Shown in pieces: positions 26,619-35,354 of a DNA stretch of 47,825 nucleotides. Source of the DNA: Acidimicrobiales bacterium (GTDB taxonomy: Bacteria; Actinomycetota; Acidimicrobiia; Acidimicrobiales; VFJN01); assembly GCA_036280455.1 (NCBI GenBank), contig DASUQS010000192.1, positions 1 through 47,825 on the forward strand, given 5' to 3'. Position numbers and translations under genes: made by a program. Each line of letters begins with the position of its first letter. Position 1 is the stretch's first letter. Under the pieces are notes generated by a model. That model was not told where the DNA came from and did no database searches. It saw only the letters and a program-made list of their open reading frames with translations.

Positions 26619-27814
26619 GCCACGACTGCTCCGTCGCGCCGGGAGCGGGCGACCACCACCGCCCTCTCATACGTCACGACGAGCGCCAGGAGCACCCAGA
26701 GATGGCGATAGTGGGACGTCTCCCGGAAGAGCGAGGCGACGACCAGGCTGGCGATCATCGCTCTCCCGACGCCGCCCGGCACGGCGAAGCCCCAGACGGT
26801 TGCCCACAGCGCCACCAGCCCGAGTAGACCGAGGGCACCGCGCTCTGCCAGGAAGGCCAGGGGCTCGCTGTGGGTCTCGGTCGAGTCGGTCCCCTCACGG
26901 AGCACCTCGAGGTTCCGTGAGCTCCCGGGACCGATTCCCCACGGCGCGTCGACGACCTGGTCGACCGCAGCGTTCCACAGGTCGATGCGTCCGGTCGTCG
27001 TCCGGTCCAGGTGGTCGGCGTTGTAGCCCGTGGTCTCGCCCTGCTCGGGCAGGAGCCGGGTGCCGGAGGCGACGACCAGGACCAGCAGCGCGAGCGCGCC
27101 GGCGAAGGCGAACGTGAGCAGCTGGCGGGTCGCGGGGCGGGCCCGGCGGGCCGCTTCGATTCCCAGCACGAGCACGCCCACGACCAACTGGACGATCGCT
27201 CCGAACGACCCTGTGGCGATGACCCCGGCTCCGGCGGCGGTCAGTCCGACGATCCGGGCCGGACGCGAGACGGGCAGCACGACGAGCGCCATGAAGCAGG
27301 TGGCCATGAAGTGGCCTGCCAGGTTGGGATTGGGGAACGTGGCCTTGGCCCGCAGATGCTGGTCGTCGAGGAAGACCAGCTGGAACCCGACGATCACCGT
27401 GCCTGCGAGCAGCGCCCGGGACGGGAGCCGGAACCAGCGAGGTGGCGCAGGATCGAACACCTGCAGCACGGCGAGAAGCGCTGCGGCCGCCCCGAGGTCG
27501 CGGAACAGGTCGTAGAGGACCCAGTGCCGGAGCCCGACCGCCAGCGTCCCGACCAGGCTGCCCGCGAACACCAGCAGGATGGGCAGCAGCGCGGCCACGG
27601 TGACCGGGCGTAGCGACCGGCGGCCTGCGATCGTCTCCAGGACGGCGAGTACGACGAAGCCGCCGATGAGCGCGTCGGACGCGGTGAAGCCGCCGGCACG
27701 GGCTTGGGCGACGCCCGTGATGAAGACGGCGGCTGCAAGCACGGGGACGGACAACGGGCGCGGGACGGCGGCGAGAACCCGTCTGCCCCCGGGAGTCCCG
27801 AGCGTCGACGTCAT
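26615..27814 (-). CDS. wzy: O-antigen ligase/polymerase-like membrane protein (Wzy-type)
   Basis: 399 aa from ATG (complement of 27812-27814, an ATGA overlap with the GT4 stop), with a further ATGA overlap with the wzx start. It is polytopic, with a large periplasmic-loop region (PEQGETTGYNADHLDRTTTGRIDLWNAAVD) characteristic of Wzy_C/O-antigen ligase proteins. Confidence 0.75.
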   Translation of the reverse strand: MTSTLGTPGGRRVLAAVPRPLSVPVLAAAVFITGVAQARAGGFTASDALIGGFVVLAVLETIAGRRSLRPVTVAALLPILLVFAGSLVGTLAVGLRHWVLYDLFRDLGAAAALLAVLQVFDPAPPRWFRLPSRALLAGTVIVGFQLVFLDDQHLRAKATFPNPNLAGHFMATCFMALVVLPVSRPARIVGLTAAGAGVIATGSFGAIVQLVVGVLVLGIEAARRARPATRQLLTFAFAGALALLVLVVASGTRLLPEQGETTGYNADHLDRTTTGRIDLWNAAVDQVVDAPWGIGPGSSRNLEVLREGTDSTETHSEPLAFLAERGALGLLGLVALWATVWGFAVPGGVGRAMIASLVVASLFRETSHYRHLWVLLALVVTYERAVVVARSRRDGAVVA

Positions 27815-29022
27815 GGAGCGGGTGGCCGACGGGCGAGCACGGACGAGATCAGGGTCGCGTAGTTCCCGCGGACGTCGTCCCCCTGCCAGGGACGCAGCGC
27901 CGTGTCGGGACATGGGTGGGGGTCGGGGTCGAAAACGGCGGCGTCGATCCGGCGCGCGACCGCCCTGGCCGCGCCGATGACGTCGCCCTGGTCGGCGACG
28001 GACCCGGCGGCGCCGAGGTCGAGCAGCTCATCGACGCCGTCCACCTCCCAACACACGAAGGGCGTCCCGGCCGCTGTCGCCTGGAGAAGGACCTGCGGGA
28101 GCCCTTCGGCCCGGCTGAGGAGCACGAGCACATCGGCGTTCACAAGAAGGGACTCGGGCTCCGCGACGTGGCCGAGCACCCGCGCATCGCCGGACAGCCC
28201 CATGCGGTCGAGCAGCGCCACCAGGTCGTCCCGCCGGGGCCCGTCACCGGCCACCACCAGGTACGGCGCCACCGACTGGGCCAGCATGAGGAGGACCTGC
28301 TGGTGGAGGATCGGCAGGCTCGTCACGTTCTTGCGGTCGTCGAGCGCGCCGAGGTACAGCACCCAGGGCCGATCGCTGGGTAGCCCGTACGTGGCGGCCG
28401 CCCGTGCGTGCAGCGCCGCCCGGGCCTCCTCGCTGCGGGGAAGTCGGGCTCCCGACCGGATCACGTTGAGCTTGGCGCGCTCGACGCCGATCCGGGCGAA
28501 CCGGTCGGCCAGGTCTTGGCCGACGACCGCGTAAGCATCCGTCCAACGGCTGAGGAAGCGCTCCACCGGCCGGTAGACGTGGTTGGCGACGGGTCCGTAG
28601 CCGGGACCGAAGCTGGCCATCGACAACGAGTGGATGACCGGCGGCCCATCGGCCATGTGCGCGGAGATCCTCCCGATCACGCCCGCTTTCGACTGATGAG
28701 TGACGATCACGTCGAATCGCCGCTCCCTCATCAGCCGCCGGACCCGGGCGATCGCGCGGGCGTCCTGCACCGGGTTGGGCTCCCGGCACAGGGACGGCTC
28801 GACGATGACCTCCACGACCGGGAGGTGCCGGCTCAGCAGCAGGGGATCGGAGTCGCGCCCGACCAACACCGTGTGCCCGGACTCGGCGAACGCCTGGCAC
28901 ACGTCGCGGACACGCTGCTCCGAGCCCCCGCGCAGGTACCGCGTGCACAGCTGCAGCACATGGCCCGGGCACGCCGGCGCGGCCGTGACCTCTGCCGTCG
29001 GTTCTCCCGTCGCTCGCGTCAC
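27811..29022 (-). CDS. Glycosyltransferase family 4 (GT-B fold, retaining)
   Basis: 403 aa. The C-terminal half has the GT4 signature LSRAEGLPQVLLQATAAGTPFVCWEVDGVDELL (an EX7E-like motif), and the N-terminal Rossmann half is present. Confidence 0.85.
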   Translation of the reverse strand: MTRATGEPTAEVTAAPACPGHVLQLCTRYLRGGSEQRVRDVCQAFAESGHTVLVGRDSDPLLLSRHLPVVEVIVEPSLCREPNPVQDARAIARVRRLMRERRFDVIVTHQSKAGVIGRISAHMADGPPVIHSLSMASFGPGYGPVANHVYRPVERFLSRWTDAYAVVGQDLADRFARIGVERAKLNVIRSGARLPRSEEARAALHARAAATYGLPSDRPWVLYLGALDDRKNVTSLPILHQQVLLMLAQSVAPYLVVAGDGPRRDDLVALLDRMGLSGDARVLGHVAEPESLLVNADVLVLLSRAEGLPQVLLQATAAGTPFVCWEVDGVDELLDLGAAGSVADQGDVIGAARAVARRIDAAVFDPDPHPCPDTALRPWQGDDVRGNYATLISSVLARRPPAP

Positions 29023-29048
29023 CAGTCAGCCCGCCCTCGTCATCGCCG

Positions 29049-30095
29049 TCAGGCCCGCTCGGCCCTCTGGGCTCCGTCGTCCCTGCGACTCGGTCCCTCG
29101 CCCGAGGGTCCCTCGGGCGGCCCGGCCACACCTCCGTTCGAATCAGGGTCCATGACCAGCACCGGATACCGCTGCGTCGCCTCGGCTCGGTAGGCGGTGA
29201 AGTACGACGCGCACACCATGGCGACGAGGCCGATCGAGGCCAGGATCACCGCGAGCTGCCCGGGCGGGAAGGTGTGGGCACTGCTGACGTCGCCGGCGGG
29301 AGACTCCAGCTCGACACCTCCGGAGCTCGCGGCCGCCGAGACGTCGGCTTCCCTGGCCCGACGATCGAAGTCCGACTGGGTGGTCACCAGGCTGGCGCGA
29401 CTGCTGTGGAGCCCGGCGATCGTCTCGCTCGTGACGGTGAGCCGCGCCTGCGCTTCGGCGCCGGCCACGGTGCCCGGGTTGGCATCGACCTGGGCTTGCA
29501 GGCTTCCCGCCTCCTGCACCAACTGAGCCACCTCGCCGTCGACGGCCGCGATGTCCCCGTCGATCGCCGCCGCACTGCCCCGCAGCTCCTCGGCGAGAGC
29601 GGCCGAGCGCTCCCGGACCGCGTTGCGCTGCTGGGCGATCACCGAGGTCGCCACCCGATCGGTGATGGCGGCGGTGTCGAGGCCGTGCTTCGTGGTGACA
29701 GTGATGGTGACGACGCTCTCCGCCTCGGGGGACTCGGCCGAGATGCTCTTGATGTCGCCTGGCGCGAGGTCGAGCGCTTCGGTCGCCTCAGCCTCCACCG
29801 GCCGGGACTCGGCGCGCGACACCACGGCGCTCTGGCGCTCCTCGAGGGGCAGCGGCTCCACCGGCGCGGACACCCCCTGCTCGGAGCCCACCAGCAGCAG
29901 CCTCGTCTCGGCCTGGTTCTCGCGTGGGGACTGCGAACCGAGCGCGTAGCCCGCCGCGGCTGCCACGACCATGACGAGGAGGATCCACCAACGACGCCGA
30001 TAGACGACCCCGATGAGATCCGTGACCTCGGGGTCGGGGAGCCTGTGGTCGCTCGTCGGGCCGTACGTCGTACCGGGCTCTGTGTCAGCGCGCAT
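29049..30095 (-). CDS. Wzz-like polysaccharide co-polymerase (chain-length determinant) without a tyrosine-kinase domain
   Basis: 348 aa from ATG (complement of 30093-30095; MRADTEPG), overlapping the upstream gene by 11 nt. N-terminal DLIGVVYRRRWWILLVMVVAAAAGYAL (Wzz motif plus TM1), a long coiled-coil periplasmic region, a C-terminal TM (LAVILASIGLVAMVCASYF) and a short Gly/Pro-rich tail. Confidence 0.7.
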   Translation of the reverse strand: MRADTEPGTTYGPTSDHRLPDPEVTDLIGVVYRRRWWILLVMVVAAAAGYALGSQSPRENQAETRLLLVGSEQGVSAPVEPLPLEERQSAVVSRAESRPVEAEATEALDLAPGDIKSISAESPEAESVVTITVTTKHGLDTAAITDRVATSVIAQQRNAVRERSAALAEELRGSAAAIDGDIAAVDGEVAQLVQEAGSLQAQVDANPGTVAGAEAQARLTVTSETIAGLHSSRASLVTTQSDFDRRAREADVSAAASSGGVELESPAGDVSSAHTFPPGQLAVILASIGLVAMVCASYFTAYRAEATQRYPVLVMDPDSNGGVAGPPEGPSGEGPSRRDDGAQRAERA

Positions 30096-30849
30096 CGGGC
30101 TGCCCTCCCAGGACGTATCGGACGGTCCGCGCGAGGATCCGCAGGTCACCGCTCAGGGACCGGTGAAGGACGTAGTCGACATCGAGGCCGATCCGCTGCT
30201 CGTACGGGATCTGGCTGCGCCCGCCGACCTGCCAGGGTCCGGTCATGCCCGGGCGCACCTGCAGGACGATCTGGCCGCGATCGCCGTAACGCCACAGCTC
30301 CTCGGGGACGACCGGCCGGGGCCCGACGAGGCTCATGTCCCCGCGGATGACGTTCACGATCTGTGGCAGCTCGTCCAGACTCGTACGGCGCAGCCAACGA
30401 CCGACGCGCGTGATGCGAGGGTCGTCGTGCAACTTGAAGTCGGCGGCGAAGGCGCTTCGGGCGCCGCCGTCGTTGGCGAGCAGGTCGGCGAGCTCGGCGT
30501 CGGCCCCGACGTGCATCGTCCGGAACTTGAGGCACCGGAACAACCGGCCCTGATAGCCGACCCGGGTCTGCGCGAAGACCACCGGGCCCGCGGAGGTGCA
30601 CCGCACGACGACCGCAACGACGGCCATCGGCACGGCGAGCACGCACAGCGCGACGGCCCCGACGACGACGTCCAATGCACGCTGGGCGCCCCCCGCCCGC
30701 AGGGCTCTCGTCTGCGAACGGTCCACGAGATGGGTGCACCTGGCGGGCACCATGGGAGGCACGATCGCCGCCCGCGTGCCCGTGAGAGGCGTGATCGGCT
30801 CTGCGGTGCCGGCGCGTATGGAGCCAGCAGTGTCGCGTTGGTAGGGCAT
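30085..30849 (-). CDS. Polyprenyl-phosphate sugar-1-phosphate transferase (small 'bacterial sugar transferase', WbaP C-terminal/PglC-like priming enzyme)
   Basis: Motifs: ALDVVVGAVALCVLAVPMAVV, GPVVFAQTRVGYQGRLFRCLKFRTMHVGAD, DPRITRVGRWLRRTSLDELPQIVNVIRGDMSLVGPRP. The true start may be an internal Met (MVPARCTH). Confidence 0.88.
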   Translation of the reverse strand: MPYQRDTAGSIRAGTAEPITPLTGTRAAIVPPMVPARCTHLVDRSQTRALRAGGAQRALDVVVGAVALCVLAVPMAVVAVVVRCTSAGPVVFAQTRVGYQGRLFRCLKFRTMHVGADAELADLLANDGGARSAFAADFKLHDDPRITRVGRWLRRTSLDELPQIVNVIRGDMSLVGPRPVVPEELWRYGDRGQIVLQVRPGMTGPWQVGGRSQIPYEQRIGLDVDYVLHRSLSGDLRILARTVRYVLGGQPDAR

Positions 30850-30895
30850 CGCCCGCCCCCCGACTCTGTCCGCCCGCGCGGAGGACGATCAGGCT

Positions 30896-30916
30896 CGCTG
30901 ATCACGCGCTGATCAC
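30896..30916. repeat. Tandem direct repeat CGCTGATCAC-g-CGCTGATCAC (11-bp period; each unit contains the palindrome TGATCA) upstream of the priming transferase
   Basis: Read directly at 30896-30905 and 30907-30916, 47 nt upstream of the ATG at 30849, inside a 391-bp divergent intergenic region. Confidence 0.3.
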
Positions 30917-31240
30917 TGCACGCATCGCCCGCTCGCCGTTCCCGCCCTGCCACCGCGGTTCCTTGAACGGCTGATCCTTCGTTGCCGCCCGACACTAACA
31001 GTGAACGTCATCGTCGTAAACCCAGGGTGACGACCCAACCGCCTGGCGTGACGAGCACGGCATCGACCACGCTCCGCGATCCACGTGGTCGGGTCGCCGA
31101 CACCTGTCGAGCGCCCTCGACGGTCGGAACCTCATGGACCGTGTTCACGACCGCCGTCTTGACGGACTGGCATCGCGGCAGGAAGGTCGCGGCATGTCCG
31201 TCAGCAGCCTGAGGACGACCGATGCACAGACGGTGGACCA

Positions 31241-32539
31241 GTGAGCGAGGTCGACCCCCGGGTCATCGGGCGGCGGGGCTTTCTCGTGAGTGCCGGCAGT
31301 GGTGCGCTGGGCGTCACCATCCTCGGGATGGCCGCCTGCACCGGCGACGACGAGCCAGACGACGCCGACGGTGAGCAGCAGGCCACAGATGCACGCGGCC
31401 CGGGCACGGATCCGCGCTACTCGCTCGGCCTGCCCACCGCCGAGCTGCTGGCCCGGGCGAACCTCGCTGCCCCGACCGGGGTCGATGACGGCAGCCGAGG
31501 CAACGGGTACTGGGTGGGGTCGCCCACCGCCTCCACGACCTGGGACATGCGGAGCTTCGCGGCGTCCGGGCACTTCGACTGCGACGCCACCAGTCCGGAC
31601 ACCTACCCGACCGGCCGCTACAACCGTCCGCGCGCGCCGACCGAGCACCAGAGGAACGCCAGGCCGATCCGGCTGGGCCACACCACGCCGGCCGCCGAGC
31701 CGGCGATCATCGGCGGCAAGGTGACCGGCGACCAGTCCACGACGTTGGGCTGGACCGATCTCAAGCACGGTTCCTACATCCAGGGCCTGATCGACGAAGG
31801 CATGGACCCGGATCGCGCCTACGACGAGATCGTCGACAACACCAACATGGACGGCGACCCCCGGTTGTACTTCGCCAGCGGGTCCTGGGCTGTCGTCGAC
31901 GGCCTCCGCTGCCGCAACACCTGGGACGGCTTCGGGGTCTACGGCGACGGCTCCAGGACGGCCACCGGGACCATCTACATTCGCAACAGCTGGTTCTCGA
32001 CGAATCGCGACGACGGCATCGAGAACGACGAGCAGCGCCAGCTGCACCTGTTCGACTGCCTCTTCGAAGATGCGCACACTCTGCTGTCCACTCGGGCCGA
32101 GGACGAGGACGGCTCCCCGGCCGAGGCGAACACCCAGAACGTCGAGGACTGCGTCGTGAAGCTGACCTCCGCTCCGGGTGGGCACAAGCGGCCTTCGGAC
32201 GTCTCCACCTCCGGCTACATCTACAAGATGCAGGACAACTCGCCATACCTGGTGATGCGGAACACGGTCGTCTCGACGGTCGGGGACTTCAGCTCCGACG
32301 AAGGCCCGATGCTGCCCGAGCGGTCAGGGGACCACTACGACAACGTGACCATCTGCTGGTTGAGCGGCGAGACCTACCCGGGCAACACCCCGGCAGGAGT
32401 CACCGTCCGCACGGGCGCCGCCGCCCAGACGCTGATCGACGACGCGGTCGCTCGGTGGAAGCGTCGGCACGGAGTCACCGACTTCGACAACGTCGACATG
32501 GCGCGGATGCTGGCGCCGGCCGCTCTTCGGTCGGACTGA
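31241..32539 (+). CDS. Tat-exported lipoprotein, probably a right-handed beta-helix glycan-active enzyme (function inferred)
   Basis: 432 aa with the twin-arginine motif VIGRRGFLVSAG followed by a lipobox-like ILGMAAC. The mature part has repeated short beta-strand/turn motifs with Asn/Asp ladders (IYIRNSWFSTNRDDGIENDE, LFDCLFED, VVKL). No specific family was recognised. Confidence 0.75.
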   Translation: MSEVDPRVIGRRGFLVSAGSGALGVTILGMAACTGDDEPDDADGEQQATDARGPGTDPRYSLGLPTAELLARANLAAPTGVDDGSRGNGYWVGSPTASTTWDMRSFAASGHFDCDATSPDTYPTGRYNRPRAPTEHQRNARPIRLGHTTPAAEPAIIGGKVTGDQSTTLGWTDLKHGSYIQGLIDEGMDPDRAYDEIVDNTNMDGDPRLYFASGSWAVVDGLRCRNTWDGFGVYGDGSRTATGTIYIRNSWFSTNRDDGIENDEQRQLHLFDCLFEDAHTLLSTRAEDEDGSPAEANTQNVEDCVVKLTSAPGGHKRPSDVSTSGYIYKMQDNSPYLVMRNTVVSTVGDFSSDEGPMLPERSGDHYDNVTICWLSGETYPGNTPAGVTVRTGAAAQTLIDDAVARWKRRHGVTDFDNVDMARMLAPAALRSD

Positions 32540-32635
32540 CACCCGGGTCGGGGCCTGGACGTGCACGAAGCCCACCAGTCCATTCGGGACCTTCGGCACT
32601 GCCGTGCGAGCACCGGCACGGCGAATGATCGAGGC

Positions 32636-33283
32636 ATGGAAGCGCCCCATCGCCGCTTGCACCCGGACGCGCCGACGGTCCGGGTGCCGCCGGCGTTGCC
32701 GGGTGACCTGTCTCCCCTGGCACGGCTCACATCGGTCGTGGCCGCCCGAGCCACCCGGGGGGAGCCGTTGCGGATCTTCACCACGCTCGGTCGTCATCGC
32801 CGACTGTTCCGGCCGTGGCTCCGGTTCGCCGCGACCCTCATGTTCCGGGCCGAGCTCTCCCGGACCGATCGCGAGCTGGTCACGCTGCGCACGGCGTGGC
32901 GGTGCGGGTCCTGGTACGAGTGGGTGCAGCACGTGGTGCTGGCTCGGCGGGCCGGCCTCTCGGCCGGCGACATCGAGCGAACGCTCCAGGGGCCGGCCGC
33001 GGACGGCTGGACCCCCCGCCAGCGTGCGCTCCTGGAGGCGGTGGACGAGATGCACGATCTGCGTGTGATCACCGACCGGACATGGGATGAGGTCAGCGCC
33101 CGGCTCAACGACCGCCAGCTCGTGGAGCTGTGCCTTCTCGTGGGCCACTACGAGATGTTGGCGTCGACGCTCAACAGCCTGGGGGTCGAGCCGGAGCCGT
33201 CGGTGCTGGCACAGCTCGATGGCGTGTCCGCGGATGCCGCAGACCGCCTGCGCGAAGGTCTGGTGGCGAACCGGCGGGCGTGA
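32636..33283 (+). CDS. Carboxymuconolactone decarboxylase (AhpD-like) family protein
   Basis: 215 aa from ATG 32636 (MEAPHRR). Motifs: RELVTLRTAWRCGSWYEWVQHVVLARRAGLS and LVELCLLVGHYEMLASTLNSLGV, the CMD-domain pattern. Confidence 0.8.
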   Translation: MEAPHRRLHPDAPTVRVPPALPGDLSPLARLTSVVAARATRGEPLRIFTTLGRHRRLFRPWLRFAATLMFRAELSRTDRELVTLRTAWRCGSWYEWVQHVVLARRAGLSAGDIERTLQGPAADGWTPRQRALLEAVDEMHDLRVITDRTWDEVSARLNDRQLVELCLLVGHYEMLASTLNSLGVEPEPSVLAQLDGVSADAADRLREGLVANRRA

Positions 33284-33313
33284 CGGCCCCGTCGGGGCCG
33301 GTTCGGCCGACGG

Positions 33314-34204
33314 TCAGCACAGCAGGGCGGCGCCGGCGACCGGGCCCGCTCCGGCGGAGACCAGCAGCGCCGTCGTCTCCGGCAGCCGCCCGTCGGGGGC
33401 GGCGGCGACCAGCGCCAGGCCGAGGCCCGCGGTGTGGGCCGCCTGACGGCCCCGGGGCGCGGCCATCCGCGACCGGTCGATGCCGAGCCGTGCCGCCAGG
33501 GCGTCGAGGAAAGCGTCGGTGAGCGGGTTGGCGCCGACGAGCTCGACGTCGCCGGGCCGCAGCCCGTGGTCGGCCAGGAGCTTCGCGGCCACCTCACCGG
33601 CCGCTGCGGCGGCCGCGGCCGCGAACTCCGGCGTCTCCACGATCTCGAGCCGGTGGCGGCCGTCGGCGAAGCCCATGGTGGCGCGGAGGCCGCCGGTGGG
33701 GTCGGCCATGGCGTCACCGGTGGCGGACTCGGTGAACCGGAGGTCCTGGATGCCGTGGCCCTCGGGGCGCCAGCCGCAGACGATGGCGGCACCGGTGGCA
33801 CCGAACGGGAAGCCGGGTGCCAGGCGTCGACCGGGGCGGGAGTCGCTGGCGACGATCAGCGCGTGGCCGATCGTCCCGGCGCGCAGGAACCCGTCGGCGA
33901 TCTGCAGGCCGGTGAGCATGCCGCACGAGCCGTTGGCCACGTCGAACGAGAACGTGCCGTGACCGTCGGCGTGCGGGTCTTCGGGGTTGGCGCCGATGTC
34001 CTCCTGGATGAGGGCTGCCAGCGCCGGTTCGCCCAGGTGGCGGTCGTGGTAGAGGCCGGCGTTGATCAGCAGGTCGATGTCGGCGGGAACGAGGCCGGCC
34101 TGGCGGATGGCGCGACGCGCCACAGTGTCGGCCAGGGCGTGGGCGGAGCGCCGGCGCCAGCGATCAGCCGAGGCCGCGGCGACCGAGTCGATCGTGGTGG
34201 GCAC
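33314..34204 (-). CDS. Degenerate KAS III (FabH)-like protein lacking the His/Asn of the catalytic triad
   Basis: 296 aa. A thiolase-fold N-terminal half with FDVANGSCGMLTG is present. Where FabH has HQAN and GNTS(A)AS, it reads VGANPLTD and GRQAAHTAGLG. It overlaps the upstream FabH-like gene by 41 nt. Confidence 0.75.
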   Translation of the reverse strand: MPTTIDSVAAASADRWRRRSAHALADTVARRAIRQAGLVPADIDLLINAGLYHDRHLGEPALAALIQEDIGANPEDPHADGHGTFSFDVANGSCGMLTGLQIADGFLRAGTIGHALIVASDSRPGRRLAPGFPFGATGAAIVCGWRPEGHGIQDLRFTESATGDAMADPTGGLRATMGFADGRHRLEIVETPEFAAAAAAAAGEVAAKLLADHGLRPGDVELVGANPLTDAFLDALAARLGIDRSRMAAPRGRQAAHTAGLGLALVAAAPDGRLPETTALLVSAGAGPVAGAALLC

Positions 34205-35354
34205 GGCAGGCCTCCAATCCCTCGTCGACGGTGAACAGCGCGACGCCGATCTCGAGGCCCGAGGCCAGCGCGACCAGGGCGACCCGATCGCCGGCCCGCA
34301 GGCGTCCCGCGTCCAGCTCCTCGACGAGCGCGACGACGTGCGTCGTCGACGCGGTGTTGCCGTAGCGGTCGACGGTCACGACGGCCGGGTTGCGGGGCGC
34401 GGCGCCGAGCGCGGCCGTCGTCTCGCGCATGCCGGTGCGGATCGCCCGGGCCGAGGTCTGGTGCGGGATCACGTGGTCGATCTCGTCGATGTGCACGCCC
34501 GCGGCGTCCATCGCCTCCCGGAGCAGTGTTGGCGTGTCGGCGATGGCGGCCTGGTGGATCGCGCGCGCCTTCGTGAACATCCGTGCGCCGGCGTGGGCGC
34601 GGGCGGGATAGGCGAGGCACAGGCGGCTGTGGTCGGCCACGGTGGTGAACCCGACCAGGTCGATGCCGCCGTCGGTGTCCTCGGCCCGCTCCACGAGCAC
34701 CGCCCCGCCGGCGTCGCCGAGCGTGAGCGAGGCGAGCTCGCGACTCATGATCGTGCGCACGTGGCGGGCGCCGTTGGTGCCGACCCGGGAGATGTACTCG
34801 CCGCTCACGACCAGGGCCCGCCGGATGGCGCCGCGCCGCACCCAGTTGTTGGCGATCAGCACGCCGGTGAGGGTGCCCGCGCATGCGTTCGACACGTCGA
34901 ACGTGGTGGCATGCGTCGCGCCGATCGCACGGGCCACCTCCAGGCTCATCGGCGGCTCCACCCACTGCACCAGGCCGTCGCGGTACTTCGTGATGCTGCA
35001 GCTCACGACGAGGTCGATCTCCTCAGGCCGCCGGCCGGAGCGGGCGAGGCAGTCCCGGGCCGCGCCGACGGCGAGGGACAGCGAGTCTTCGTCGCCGACG
35101 GATACCCGCCGCTCGTGGATGCCGGTCAGCCGTTCGAGGTCGATGTGGGTGTGATGGCGGGTGGTGGCCATCAGGGCATCGGTGGTGAGGTGCGTCGGCG
35201 GAAGGGAGCGCCCGACGCCGGCGATCCGGGCGACGAACGGTGCGCGATCGCCGTCCGGCGACCGTTCCGTGAGCATCCACCGGGTGGCTTCCGGGGATGC
35301 AGTCGTCCCATCACCGTTGCCGGTCGTACCGTGCTGTCGGCGCAACCTCATCAT
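34164..35354 (-). CDS. 3-oxoacyl-ACP synthase III (FabH)-like condensing enzyme with an intact Cys-His-Asn triad
   Basis: The C-terminal part of track ORF 34164..35834. Motifs: ARIAGVGRSLPP, FDVSNACAGTLTG (Cys), VIPHQTSARAI (His), DRYGNTASTT (Asn). The start is ATG 35354 (MMRLRR) or ATG 35276 (MLTERS). Confidence 0.8.
   Translation of the reverse strand: MMRLRRQHGTTGNGDGTTASPEATRWMLTERSPDGDRAPFVARIAGVGRSLPPTHLTTDALMATTRHHTHIDLERLTGIHERRVSVGDEDSLSLAVGAARDCLARSGRRPEEIDLVVSCSITKYRDGLVQWVEPPMSLEVARAIGATHATTFDVSNACAGTLTGVLIANNWVRRGAIRRALVVSGEYISRVGTNGARHVRTIMSRELASLTLGDAGGAVLVERAEDTDGGIDLVGFTTVADHSRLCLAYPARAHAGARMFTKARAIHQAAIADTPTLLREAMDAAGVHIDEIDHVIPHQTSARAIRTGMRETTAALGAAPRNPAVVTVDRYGNTASTTHVVALVEELDAGRLRAGDRVALVALASGLEIGVALFTVDEGLEACRAHHDRLGRRGLG

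Noticed and set aside
23614-26670. Very long track ORFs suggesting giant fusion proteins (23614..26670, 1201..3642, 34062..36977, 17309..20149, 13188..15035, 41427..42830, 42358..43776)
   Set aside because: In each case only the C-terminal part has protein-like sequence and motifs. The N-terminal extension is an open alternative frame running through the neighbouring gene. Internal ATG/GTG starts with stop-start overlaps or Shine-Dalgarno-like sequences give sensible gene boundaries.
30982-31212. 76-aa plus-strand ORF in the long intergenic region between the priming transferase and the Tat lipoprotein
   Set aside because: It has a poor codon-position GC pattern, no motifs and a Thr/Arg/Pro-rich product. 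The region is more plausibly promoter/operator DNA.
35277-35287. CCACCgGGTGG palindrome abutting the alternative FabH-like start codon, resembling the CCACCC-N-GGGTGG motif
   Set aside because: It has only 5-bp arms, shares none of the flanks of the two longer elements, and may lie inside coding sequence if the 35354 start is used. It is too likely to arise by chance in this GC-rich DNA.
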